Shown: in pieces, positions 41,387 through 49,771 of the stretch
Numbering within the stretch: the stretch's first letter is position 1
Layout of the letters: every line of letters starts with the position of its first letter
Assembly: GCA_036521795.1 (NCBI GenBank)
Contig: DATDGZ010000577.1
Span: 1-56,818 of the forward strand
Direction: 5' to 3'
DNA: 56,818 nucleotides
Source of the DNA: Thermoanaerobaculia bacterium
Lineage (GTDB): Bacteria; Acidobacteriota; Thermoanaerobaculia; Multivoradales; UBA5704
Notes under the pieces: model-generated
Databases searched by the model: none
What the model was told of the DNA's origin: nothing
Seen by the model: only the letters and a program-made list of their open reading frames with translations
Position numbers and translations under genes: made by a program

Positions 41387-43024
41387 TCACGGCTTGGGCG
41401 GCATCTTGCTCGGACCGCCGCCGGGAGGCAGCGGGACTGGCCGCGGGGGGGAGGGCTCGATCGCGGTGGCGGGAGGAGCCGCGGCAGCCGGCTCCGGCGG
41501 CGGTGGTGTGGAAGCCGCCGGGGGGCCGCTGGCGGCGCGCAGGCGGGCGAAGAGGTTCTCGAGGTTGACCCCGGTCAGCGATTCGACGACCGGCGGCAGC
41601 TGCGACAGGACGCGGGCGACCTCGGCGGTGACCTTGGAGGCGCCGAGGTCGCCGTTGCCGCCGGTCGCGATCATGGTGATGCGGTCGATGCGCGACAGCG
41701 GCTCGGCGACGGCGCGCGCGATCTCGGGCAGCACCGGGGCCAGGATCTGCAGCACCGCGGCCTCGCCGTAGTTGCGCCAGGCCTCGGCCTTCTTCTCCAT
41801 GGCGAGCGCCTCGGCCAGCCCCTGCGCCTGGCGGATCTGCGCCTCGGCGATGCCGCGCGCGCGGTCGGCCTCGGCCTGCGCCAAGCCCGTCGCCCGGATG
41901 ACCTCCGCCTCGGCCAGCCCCCGCGCCTTCTCGCCCTCGGCGACGGTGGCGAGGCGCGACCGCTCGGCCTCCGCGCCGGTCTCGACGCGCTGGCGCTCGG
42001 CCGAGGCCAGGGTCTCGATCTCGTAGCGCTTGGCGTCGGCCTGGCGCTTGACGGTGGCGTCGAGCTCGCGCTCCCGGCGCTTGATCTCCTGCTCCTGGAT
42101 CTGGATCTCCATCGTCTTCTTCTGCAGGTCGTAGGCCATCTCGGCATCGGCGCGCTTGCGGTTGGCGATCGCCTGCTGCTCGGCGATCGCCTGCGCCGCC
42201 TGGGAGTTGGCGATCTCCGCCGCCCGCCGCGCCGCCGCCTCGGCTTCCTGCTGGCGGCGGCTGCGGTCGGCCTGGGCCTCGGCGACGGCGGCGTCGCGCT
42301 TCGCCTCGGCTTCCTGGGCGAGGCGCTGCGCCTCGGCCTGGCGCTCGCGGGTCTCGCGCTCGGCGTCGGCCTGGGCGATGGCGGATTCCTTCGCCGCCAC
42401 CGCTTCCGCCACCGAGGCGGTGCGCTTGACCTCGGCGATGCGCGGCTTGCCCAGGGCCTCGAGGTAGCCGTGCTTGTCGCGGATGTCGCGGATGGTGAAC
42501 GAGTCGATGCCGAGACCCATGTTGCCGAGGTCGCCGGCGGAGATCTCCTGCACCTTCTGGGCGAACTGGTCGCGGCTCATGTAGATGTTCTCGACCGTCA
42601 GGGTGCCGAGGATGCCGCGCAGGTGGCCCTGCACCGTCTCCAGGGCGATCTTGGCGATCTCTTCCGGGCGCTTGCCGAGGAAGCGCTCGGCGGCCGCGTG
42701 CAGCGATGCCTCGTCCTTCTTGATCTTGATCTGGGCCACGCCGTCGACGGCGATCGGCACCCCCTGCGAGGTATAGACCTCCGGCGTCGTCACCTCGAGG
42801 GTCATCACCTCGAGCGAGAGGCGGTTCCAGGTGTGGAAAAGCGGCACCACCATGCCGGCGCCGCCGCTGATGAAGTTCACCTTGCCGCGCCCGGAGACCA
42901 CGATCACCTCGTTGGGTCCGGCCTTCTTGAGGAAGGCGAGGTAGGAGATGACGTAGCCCACGGCCACCACCGCCAGCACCGCCACCGCGCCGAGCACCAG
43001 CACCGAGCCCCCGAAGCTACCCAT
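41387..43024 (-). CDS. Flotillin-like SPFH-domain protein (YqiK/FloT-like)
   Basis: Start at ATG 43024 (AAGGAGA upstream): MGSFGGSVLVLGAVAVLAVVAVGYV...GPNEVIVVSGRG..., an SPFH core, a long A/E/R/Q-rich coiled coil (flotillin repeats) and a Pro-rich tail. Confidence 0.88.
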   Translation of the reverse strand: MGSFGGSVLVLGAVAVLAVVAVGYVISYLAFLKKAGPNEVIVVSGRGKVNFISGGAGMVVPLFHTWNRLSLEVMTLEVTTPEVYTSQGVPIAVDGVAQIKIKKDEASLHAAAERFLGKRPEEIAKIALETVQGHLRGILGTLTVENIYMSRDQFAQKVQEISAGDLGNMGLGIDSFTIRDIRDKHGYLEALGKPRIAEVKRTASVAEAVAAKESAIAQADAERETRERQAEAQRLAQEAEAKRDAAVAEAQADRSRRQQEAEAAARRAAEIANSQAAQAIAEQQAIANRKRADAEMAYDLQKKTMEIQIQEQEIKRRERELDATVKRQADAKRYEIETLASAERQRVETGAEAERSRLATVAEGEKARGLAEAEVIRATGLAQAEADRARGIAEAQIRQAQGLAEALAMEKKAEAWRNYGEAAVLQILAPVLPEIARAVAEPLSRIDRITMIATGGNGDLGASKVTAEVARVLSQLPPVVESLTGVNLENLFARLRAASGPPAASTPPPPEPAAAAPPATAIEPSPPRPVPLPPGGGPSKMPPKP

Positions 43025-43811
43025 GAGAGCGATCTCCTTGTAGGGCGCCGCCCGTGCCGCCGGCATTACCAACGCCGCCGGCGCCGCCCGCCGCATTGGC
43101 TGAGGAGGGCGGTCCGGCCCTGACCACCAGGGTCGGTCCCGCCGCCACGATGGTGACCGTGGCGCCGCGCGCCACCGCCAGGCCGGCCACCTCGCGCGCC
43201 GGCGCGGCATAGCGCTGGCCGCCGGCGGTCGCCATCGCCTCGCCGACGCCGCCCGCCGGGATCGGCACGGTGACCTCGGCGGCGCCGCCGGCAAGGTCTT
43301 CGAGGCGGATCAGGCTCGATGAGGTCGAGCCGCTGACCAGCCGCCAGCCGACGTAGGTCACGCCGTAGGCGGTGAGCACGGCGGCCGGCACGGCCATCGC
43401 CAGGCTGGCGCCGTCACCGGCGCCGAGCGCGGCCTTGGCGATCAGCCCGTAGCCGCCGATGGCGGCCACCACCGTGGCCAGCGCCAGCGGCGAGAAGAAG
43501 GGGAAATGGAAGCTGGCCGCCGCCGGCGCCGTCGCGTGCACGCCGCCGTGCCCGCCGGCGCCGTAGGCCGTATCGCCAGGGCGGGCCACGCTGGAATGAT
43601 CCCCGGCATCCGATGCATGGCCTGAGGCAGCCGATGCATGGCTCCCGGCAGCCGATCCATGGCCCCCGGCATGCGCCGCATGTCCCCCGCCGCCCGCACC
43701 GGAGGAGTCGTGTCCGCCGACGTCCGCGGTATGGCCAAGGAACGCCGCCAGCACCACGTACAGGCAGCCCAGGCCAGCAAACGCCATGTACACCAAGGTC
43801 AGCAATCGCAC
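43017..43811 (-). CDS. NfeD-like membrane protein with His-rich heptad insert
   Basis: TM helices and a C-terminal OB-like segment (GGAAEVTVPIPAGGVGEAMATAGGQRYAAPAREVAGLAVARGATVTIV). Its stop overlaps the flotillin start by 8 nt (ATGGGTAG). The start is uncertain (GTG 43811, TTG 43805 or ATG 43787). Confidence 0.7.
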   Translation of the reverse strand: MRLLTLVYMAFAGLGCLYVVLAAFLGHTADVGGHDSSGAGGGGHAAHAGGHGSAAGSHASAASGHASDAGDHSSVARPGDTAYGAGGHGGVHATAPAAASFHFPFFSPLALATVVAAIGGYGLIAKAALGAGDGASLAMAVPAAVLTAYGVTYVGWRLVSGSTSSSLIRLEDLAGGAAEVTVPIPAGGVGEAMATAGGQRYAAPAREVAGLAVARGATVTIVAAGPTLVVRAGPPSSANAAGGAGGVGNAGGTGGALQGDRSHG

Positions 43812-44058
43812 CTCCGCCGGCCGCGACCGCGCGCCGGATCGTCACGCCGGGTGAGCCCTGGAGGAATTCTATCCCTTCAGCAGGCGCTTCTCCCAGCCCC
43901 TGCCCGCTGTCTGGTCGCCGATTCCGGTCGAGCTGCCGGTGCCTCACCTGCCGGTGACCGCTGCCGGCGGCGGGAAGCCGGCGGCGACGGCGAGAGCTCT
44001 TGGGACTCCCCCCCGGCATCGGGTGTAACGCGTAACGCGATAGGCACCACCCCTATTG

Positions 44059-44087
44059 TTGACAAATACTTGAAATGCAGTTAGGGT
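44059..44087 (+). promoter_or_regulatory. Candidate promoter in an AT-rich patch (TTGACA-N17-TAGGGT; overlapping TTGAAA-N18-AGTATT)
   Basis: TTGACA at 44059-44064 and TAGGGT at 44082-44087. The surrounding 44050-44110 is conspicuously AT-rich for this genome. It lies about 300 nt upstream of the multicopper oxidase ATG. Confidence 0.45.
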
Positions 44088-44395
44088 AACTTCAGTATTT
44101 CCGCAGTTCTTCTGCCGTTCGTGATCGGGAAGTACGTTGTCAGGGCCGAAAGGGGGAGCCTTGTCGCAACCGTACCCCAACTCGCGCCCAGCTCTCGAGC
44201 TGGTGCCGCTCTTCATAGCTGATCTCCATTCCTTTGCAGCGCGAGCTGCCGGTAGGCCGGATCGCGAGGGCCGCAACCGGGCCATCCCATCCGGGCCGCC
44301 GACGCCTCTCGAGAGGCAACGCTGCCGTCCAGCGCGAGCTCACCCTGCTCCACCCACCGTCGTGAAACAGACGTAGGACGCAGGAGGGTAAAGTC

Positions 44396-46285
44396 ATGTA
44401 TTACAACGCATTGGGCGAGAGAGTCTCGCGGAGACGCTACCGAGAGATGCTCGCCGCGGCGAAGAACCGGCGAGAGCTCATCGCGGCAGGTCTCCACAAC
44501 CGGCGAGACCTGTTCAAGATGGGGCTGCTGACCGGGACCGGCATGCTGGTGGCCAAGAACGGCCTGAGCTCCCGAGCCTGGGCCCAGCCGTTCCAGCAAG
44601 GGCCGCAGAACATCTGCGCCGGGGCGGGCCTGCCCGCCAGCCCGCCGACGAGGTCCTTCATCGTGCCGCTGCCGATCATGCCGGTCGCGCAGACGGTCTC
44701 CTCGCTGAGCCCGGCGCCGACGATCGCCCCGAACGTCGGCGCCGGCGAGGTGCGCGCGGCGCCTCACCAGGCCCCCGGCCTCGGGTTCCCGTTCCCGCCG
44801 CCGAAGCTCTACCGCTTCACCCAGCAGGCGATCCAGGTCTCGCAATCGCCGGACCTTCCCCTGCAGACGCTCTGGGGCTTCAACGACGGCCATCACGCCA
44901 CCAGCCCCGGCCCGACCTACGTGGCCAACTACGGCGTGCCGCAGCTGACACGGAACATCAATGCGCTGCCGCCGCTGAGCCAGAACGGCGGCTTCGGCAT
45001 GCCGTCCGTGACCACCCATCTCCACAATTCGCACAACCCGTCGGAGAGCGACGGCAATCCTTGCGATTTCTACGAGATCGGGCACTTCTGCGACCAGTAC
45101 TATCCCAACGTGCTGGCCGGCTTCAACTCCGACCACGCGCCCAACGGCGACATCAACGAGTCGCTCAGCACGCTGTGGTATCACGACCATCGCGTGGACT
45201 TCACGTCGCAGAACACCTACAAGGGCCTGGTCGGATATTACCTGCTGTTCAACCAGTTCGACACCGGCAACGAGGAGACCGGCTTCCGCCTGCCGAGCTT
45301 CCCGCAGTTCGACGTGCCGCTGGTGTTCGCCGACAAGGTCTACGATCCGATCAGCAAGCAGCTGGCCTTCGATCTCTTCAGCCTCGACGGCATCATGGGC
45401 GACAAGTTCCTGGTCAACGGCCAGATCCAGCCCTTCTTCCAGGTGGAGCCGCGGCGGTACCGCTTCCGCCTGCTGGACACCGGCCCGTCGCGCTTCTACG
45501 AGTTCTTCCTGACCGACCTCAACAACCTGGGCGCCACCAATCCGTTCTACGTGATCGGCAACGACGGCAACCTGCTGCCGGCGCCGGTGCAGGTCCAGAG
45601 CGTCCGCATCGGCGTCGCCGAGCGCGTCGACGTGATCATCGATTTCAGCGCCTTCGCCGGCAAGACCATCTACCTGGAGAACCGGCTGAACCAGCTGAAC
45701 GGCATGGGTCCCGTCAACGCCGGGCAGTGCACGGACGTCAACGGCAACCCGGTCCCGACGATGCTGGCGGCCGGGCAGGGCCACCTGCTGATGCAGTTCC
45801 GCGTCAACAGCGGGCACGTCCAGGACAACAGCGGGAATCCCGCGACGCAGACCTTCTACCAGCTCCCGAGCACCGACGCGGAGCCCAGGATCACGCGCAC
45901 GTTCAAGTTCGACCGGTTGAACGGCCAGTGGTCCATCAACGGCCAGTTCATGGACTGCCACACCTTCCGCTTCCAGGTGCAGCAGAACAGCGTCGAGAAC
46001 TGGATCCTCACCAACGCCACCGGCGATTGGACGCACCCGATCCACATCCATCTCGAGGAGCACCAGATCCTCTCGCGCAACCGGCAGCCGCCGCCGCTGG
46101 CGATCGAACGCTCGCGCAAGGACGTCACGCAGCTGCACCCCCAGGAGCGCGTGCTGCTCTTCTTCCGCTTCCGCGACTGGCTCGGCAAGTACCCCATCCA
46201 TTGTCACAACGTGGTGCACGAGGACCACGCCATGATGGGGCTCTGGCACGTGCAGGCGGAGGGGGATGACGTGCTGGTGCCCTAG
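44396..46285 (+). CDS. Tat-exported multicopper oxidase (CotA/bilirubin-oxidase-like)
   Basis: Twin-arginine signal NRRDLFKMGLLTG. Copper motifs THLHNSH, WYHDH, HPIHIHLEEH and HCHNVVHEDHAMM. Confidence 0.9.
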   Translation: MYYNALGERVSRRRYREMLAAAKNRRELIAAGLHNRRDLFKMGLLTGTGMLVAKNGLSSRAWAQPFQQGPQNICAGAGLPASPPTRSFIVPLPIMPVAQTVSSLSPAPTIAPNVGAGEVRAAPHQAPGLGFPFPPPKLYRFTQQAIQVSQSPDLPLQTLWGFNDGHHATSPGPTYVANYGVPQLTRNINALPPLSQNGGFGMPSVTTHLHNSHNPSESDGNPCDFYEIGHFCDQYYPNVLAGFNSDHAPNGDINESLSTLWYHDHRVDFTSQNTYKGLVGYYLLFNQFDTGNEETGFRLPSFPQFDVPLVFADKVYDPISKQLAFDLFSLDGIMGDKFLVNGQIQPFFQVEPRRYRFRLLDTGPSRFYEFFLTDLNNLGATNPFYVIGNDGNLLPAPVQVQSVRIGVAERVDVIIDFSAFAGKTIYLENRLNQLNGMGPVNAGQCTDVNGNPVPTMLAAGQGHLLMQFRVNSGHVQDNSGNPATQTFYQLPSTDAEPRITRTFKFDRLNGQWSINGQFMDCHTFRFQVQQNSVENWILTNATGDWTHPIHIHLEEHQILSRNRQPPPLAIERSRKDVTQLHPQERVLLFFRFRDWLGKYPIHCHNVVHEDHAMMGLWHVQAEGDDVLVP

Positions 46286-46340
46286 GCGCCGGCGCACCAC
46301 CGCGTCCTCCGGAAGAAAGCAGAAAGGAGACAAGCGAGTC

Positions 46341-47012
46341 ATGTACCAACCCTCGAGAAGGAAGCTATTGAGCCTGGCGGGCCTGGCGTCGTTCGCCCAG
46401 GCTGCGGGCATCGCAGGCATCGCCGGCGGGCTGGCCGCGGCCGGGACCGCCGAAGCGGACGAGGCCGTGCCCTCGCCGCGCGAGCGCATCCGCAGGCTGT
46501 ATTTCCCCAACGTGGTACTGCGCACGCAGGACGACAAGCCGGTGCGCTTCTACGACGACCTGGTCAAGGACAAGGCCGTCACCATCAATTTCTTCTTTGC
46601 CAAGTGCGAGGAGATCTGCCCCCTGGTCACGGCCAACCTGGCGAAGGTCCAGAGGCTGCTCGGCGACCGGGTCGGCAGGGATCTCTTCATGACCTCGATC
46701 TCGCTCAAGCCCGAGGAGGACACTCCGGCCAAGCTCAAGGCCTATGCCGAGATGCACGGTGCGCGGCCGGGCTGGACCTTCCTGACCGGGGCGCCCGCCG
46801 ACATCGAGCTGCTGCGCAGGAGCCTCGGTTTCATCAACCCGAGCGCCAAGGTGGACAAGGACCTGAACCAGCACATCGGCAACGTCCGCTACGGCAACGA
46901 ACCGCTGATGCTGTGGGCGGCCTGCCCGGGCCAGGCGCGCGCCGAATGGATCGTCGAATCGGTCTCATGGGTCATGCAGCCGGAGGCGAAGCCGGCGATG
47001 GCCCGGGGATGA
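46341..47012 (+). CDS. SCO1/SenC-family copper chaperone / thiol-disulfide oxidoreductase
   Basis: ATG 46341 (AAAGGAGA upstream). RRKLLSLAGLA signal, FFFAKCEEICP (CxxxC), a downstream His (NQHIGNV) and a thioredoxin-like length. Confidence 0.85.
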   Translation: MYQPSRRKLLSLAGLASFAQAAGIAGIAGGLAAAGTAEADEAVPSPRERIRRLYFPNVVLRTQDDKPVRFYDDLVKDKAVTINFFFAKCEEICPLVTANLAKVQRLLGDRVGRDLFMTSISLKPEEDTPAKLKAYAEMHGARPGWTFLTGAPADIELLRRSLGFINPSAKVDKDLNQHIGNVRYGNEPLMLWAACPGQARAEWIVESVSWVMQPEAKPAMARG

Positions 47013-47130
47013 GGCCGGGCGTGTACCGGTCACGAGCACGTCGACGCGAGACGCATGGACGATCATCCGTCAAGGACTTCTTGATTCCGGGCGCTGCTGC
47101 GCGCAGCGGACCCGGGAGGAGGACAGAGTC

Positions 47131-48309
47131 GTGAAAAGCATAGGCAGACACGCGCCGGCCGCACGTGGTCACGCGGTGCTCACCTGGGGAGCCCTGCTCC
47201 TCCTGGTGCTCGCCGTGCCGGCCACCCGGCTGTCGGCGCAGACCAAGACCGATGCCCCGGAGAGCCCGCTCTTTACCACCTTCAACCCTCCGGCTTTCGA
47301 TTTCAACGATGCCTTCTACACCGCGAACGGTATCAACGTGACGCAGCTCGACACCTCCGGGGGGGCGCGCTTCGGGTTCTTCAGGCAGACGGGGCCACCG
47401 GCGCCGCGCGGCTTCGTGAACTGGGTGGTCGACAACACGGGCACCGACCCCGACCGTAAGAACGTCCGCGTCCTGGCGACCACCGGCGGCTACATCGACG
47501 ACGGCACCGGCGCCCCGACGCAGTTCATCTCCCTCATCGCCTTCCTGCTGGACCAGACCTTCTTCACCGGCGTCGCCAACGCCCGCGGCGTGCAGATGGC
47601 CGACATCGTCAGCAACTTCGAGGCCTACGGGGCGCTCCGGCAGGTGGACTCGCACGGCGTGTTCGCGCCCACGCCCTGCGGCACCATGGGGGACGGCACC
47701 ACGCCCTGCTTCCCGGTGACCAGCATCGCCACCCCCGCCCTCCGGCAGGACTGGCGGTTCTCCACGAACCGCAATGCCATCGACGCCAGCGCGCCGTTCG
47801 GTTACTTCTGCGACGACATCCTCGGCATGTGGATCATCACCTACATCTGGTACATCGACACCGGCTTCGGCCCGAACCAGACCGCGCAGTGTCACCAGAT
47901 GCTGGCCGCCCTCGGCGCCAAGAACGGGCTGACGCTGGACGGGACCCCCATCATCAAGACTGCCGACGAGACCAACTTCCTGGAGGGGGCGGTGGTCAAC
48001 TCGAACCCGATTCCCGGCTTCCTCGGCACCGAGCCGCCGAGCCCACCGTGCTCCGCGGAAGGGAAGGAAGCTACGAACGGCGACGACCATGGCGCGGTCT
48101 GGCTCATCTGCCCGGCTCTCCCGGACCCGCGCAACGGCGCGATCCCCCTGGATGCGTTCCTCGACCAGGTGCACAAGCCGAATGGCTTGCCGCTCGATCC
48201 GGCCTTCACCCTCAACTTCCTGTGCCTGCAGATCTTCGGGGCATTCTGCAACGAGCTCACGCCGGCGCAGCGGCAGGCGGTCTCGCAGCAGATGGCGGCT
48301 TCGCGATAG
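47131..48309 (+). CDS. Secreted hypothetical protein (no recognisable domain)
   Basis: GTG start with GGGAGGAGG upstream and Sec-type signal LTWGALLLLVLAVPATRLSAQ. 392 aa with 8 Cys in the mature part and high-GC third positions consistent with the host. Confidence 0.65.
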   Translation: MKSIGRHAPAARGHAVLTWGALLLLVLAVPATRLSAQTKTDAPESPLFTTFNPPAFDFNDAFYTANGINVTQLDTSGGARFGFFRQTGPPAPRGFVNWVVDNTGTDPDRKNVRVLATTGGYIDDGTGAPTQFISLIAFLLDQTFFTGVANARGVQMADIVSNFEAYGALRQVDSHGVFAPTPCGTMGDGTTPCFPVTSIATPALRQDWRFSTNRNAIDASAPFGYFCDDILGMWIITYIWYIDTGFGPNQTAQCHQMLAALGAKNGLTLDGTPIIKTADETNFLEGAVVNSNPIPGFLGTEPPSPPCSAEGKEATNGDDHGAVWLICPALPDPRNGAIPLDAFLDQVHKPNGLPLDPAFTLNFLCLQIFGAFCNELTPAQRQAVSQQMAASR

Positions 48310-48343
48310 CGTCAGCCGCGACGAGGTGATTCTTCGCTGGACC

Positions 48344-48373
48344 GCCCTGCCGGGGCTCGCGCCCCGGCAGGGC
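48344..48373 (+). terminator. 12-bp perfect GC-rich stem-loop inside the copper cluster (terminator, attenuator or mRNA stabiliser)
   Basis: GCCCTGCCGGGG-ctcgcg-CCCCGGCAGGGC followed by CTTCGTGT, a weak U-tract. It lies between the 47131 gene and the SBP gene. Confidence 0.45.
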
Positions 48374-48398
48374 CTTCGTGTGGGGAGAGACGGACACC

Positions 48399-49745
48399 AT
48401 GTCAAGCAGCAAGGACAAGAGGGTTTCACGGCGGGACTTCGTCAAGCTGGCGGCCACCGCGGCGGCGGGTGCCACCTCCCTGGGGTTCACCGGCGGCGCC
48501 TGGGCCGGGCAAGCCCGGCAGAAGACGCTCAGGATCGCCAAGTGGGCCCATTTTCTGCCCGAGTACGACCGCTGGTTCGAGGACGTGCTGGCCAAGCAAT
48601 GGGGCGAGCGGCACGACACCAGGGTGATCGTCGATCACATTCCGGTCGAGGAGGTCGCCGCGCGGGCGGCGGCGGAGGCCGCGGCCCGTCGAGGCCACGA
48701 CCTCTTCATGTTCCCCTGGCCGCCGGCGGAGTTCCAGCGGGACGTCATCGATCACACGGAGATCTACCAGGCGGTGAGCTTCCAGCATGGCACCGTCGAT
48801 CGCCTCGGGCACAAGTCGACGTTCGATCCCGTGACGAAGCAGTACTTCGCGTTCGCCGACTCCTGGATGCCGGCGCCGCTGTGCTACTACGAGGACTGGT
48901 GGGCCGAGGTCGGCATGCCGCTGGGACCGCTGCATTACGGCAGCCTGCGCAGCGGCGGGAAAGCCCTGCGCGCGAAGCTCGGCATCCCCTGCGGCCTGGC
49001 CCTCACACCGACCCTGGAGGGCAACGTCACCCTGCACACCCTCCTGTTCGCGTTCCACGGCGGCGTCCTGGACGCGCAAGGCAACGCCATCATCAACAAG
49101 GGTGCCCGCACCATCGCGGCCCTGAAGTACGTCAAGGCGCTGTGCGAGGACGCCGGCTCCTCCGAGCAGCTCGGCTGGAAACCCGGGGGCAACGTGGCGG
49201 CCATGGTGGCACGCAAGACCTCGTGCACCATCAACTCCATCAGCCTCCTGCGCGCGGCGGAAGCCGGCGACCCCGCGGTCGCCAGGAAAATCAGACTCAG
49301 CCCGCCGCTGGCCGGCACCGCCGACGTGATGGCGGTGCCCCACGTCACGAGCTGCTCCGCGGTCTGGAAGTTCGCGGAGAACCCGGCAGGCGCCAAGCAG
49401 TTCCTGACCGAATTGATCGACTATTCCAAGGACGTCTACGAGCGCAGCCAGGGATGTAATTTCCCGATCTACCAGAAGACGGTCCCGAACCTCATCGTCC
49501 GGCTCGAGAACGATCCGCGCGGCGACCCTCCTTTCAAGTACCAGGAGCTGAAGGACGCGCTGCACTGGACGCCCAATCTCGGCTTCCCTGGATTCGCCAA
49601 CCCGGTGGCGATGGAGGTGTTCAATACCTTCGTCCTTCCCAGGATGTTCGCCAGCGTCGTCAAGGGCGAGCTCGGTCCGGAAGAAGCCGCGCGGGCCGCC
49701 GAGGTGGAAGTGAAGCGGATCGCGGAGAAGTGGAAGCGGACCTGA
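48399..49745 (+). CDS. Tat-signal extracellular solute-binding protein (family-1-like), with no cognate permease or ATPase nearby
   Basis: ATG 48399: MSSSKDKRVSRRDFVKLAATAAAGATSLG (twin-arginine). About 448 aa with SBP-like architecture ending ...EEAARAAEVEVKRIAEKWK. Confidence 0.75.
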   Translation: MSSSKDKRVSRRDFVKLAATAAAGATSLGFTGGAWAGQARQKTLRIAKWAHFLPEYDRWFEDVLAKQWGERHDTRVIVDHIPVEEVAARAAAEAAARRGHDLFMFPWPPAEFQRDVIDHTEIYQAVSFQHGTVDRLGHKSTFDPVTKQYFAFADSWMPAPLCYYEDWWAEVGMPLGPLHYGSLRSGGKALRAKLGIPCGLALTPTLEGNVTLHTLLFAFHGGVLDAQGNAIINKGARTIAALKYVKALCEDAGSSEQLGWKPGGNVAAMVARKTSCTINSISLLRAAEAGDPAVARKIRLSPPLAGTADVMAVPHVTSCSAVWKFAENPAGAKQFLTELIDYSKDVYERSQGCNFPIYQKTVPNLIVRLENDPRGDPPFKYQELKDALHWTPNLGFPGFANPVAMEVFNTFVLPRMFASVVKGELGPEEAARAAEVEVKRIAEKWKRT

Positions 49746-49771
49746 CGGCAAGCCGGAATCGGGGTGGAACC

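Noticed and set aside
44121-44222. GTG-initiated 33-codon ORF and the 79/85-aa ORFs inside the MCO leader
   Set aside because: They have no RBS, their composition is typical of non-coding or shadow frames, and they overlap one another on both strands.
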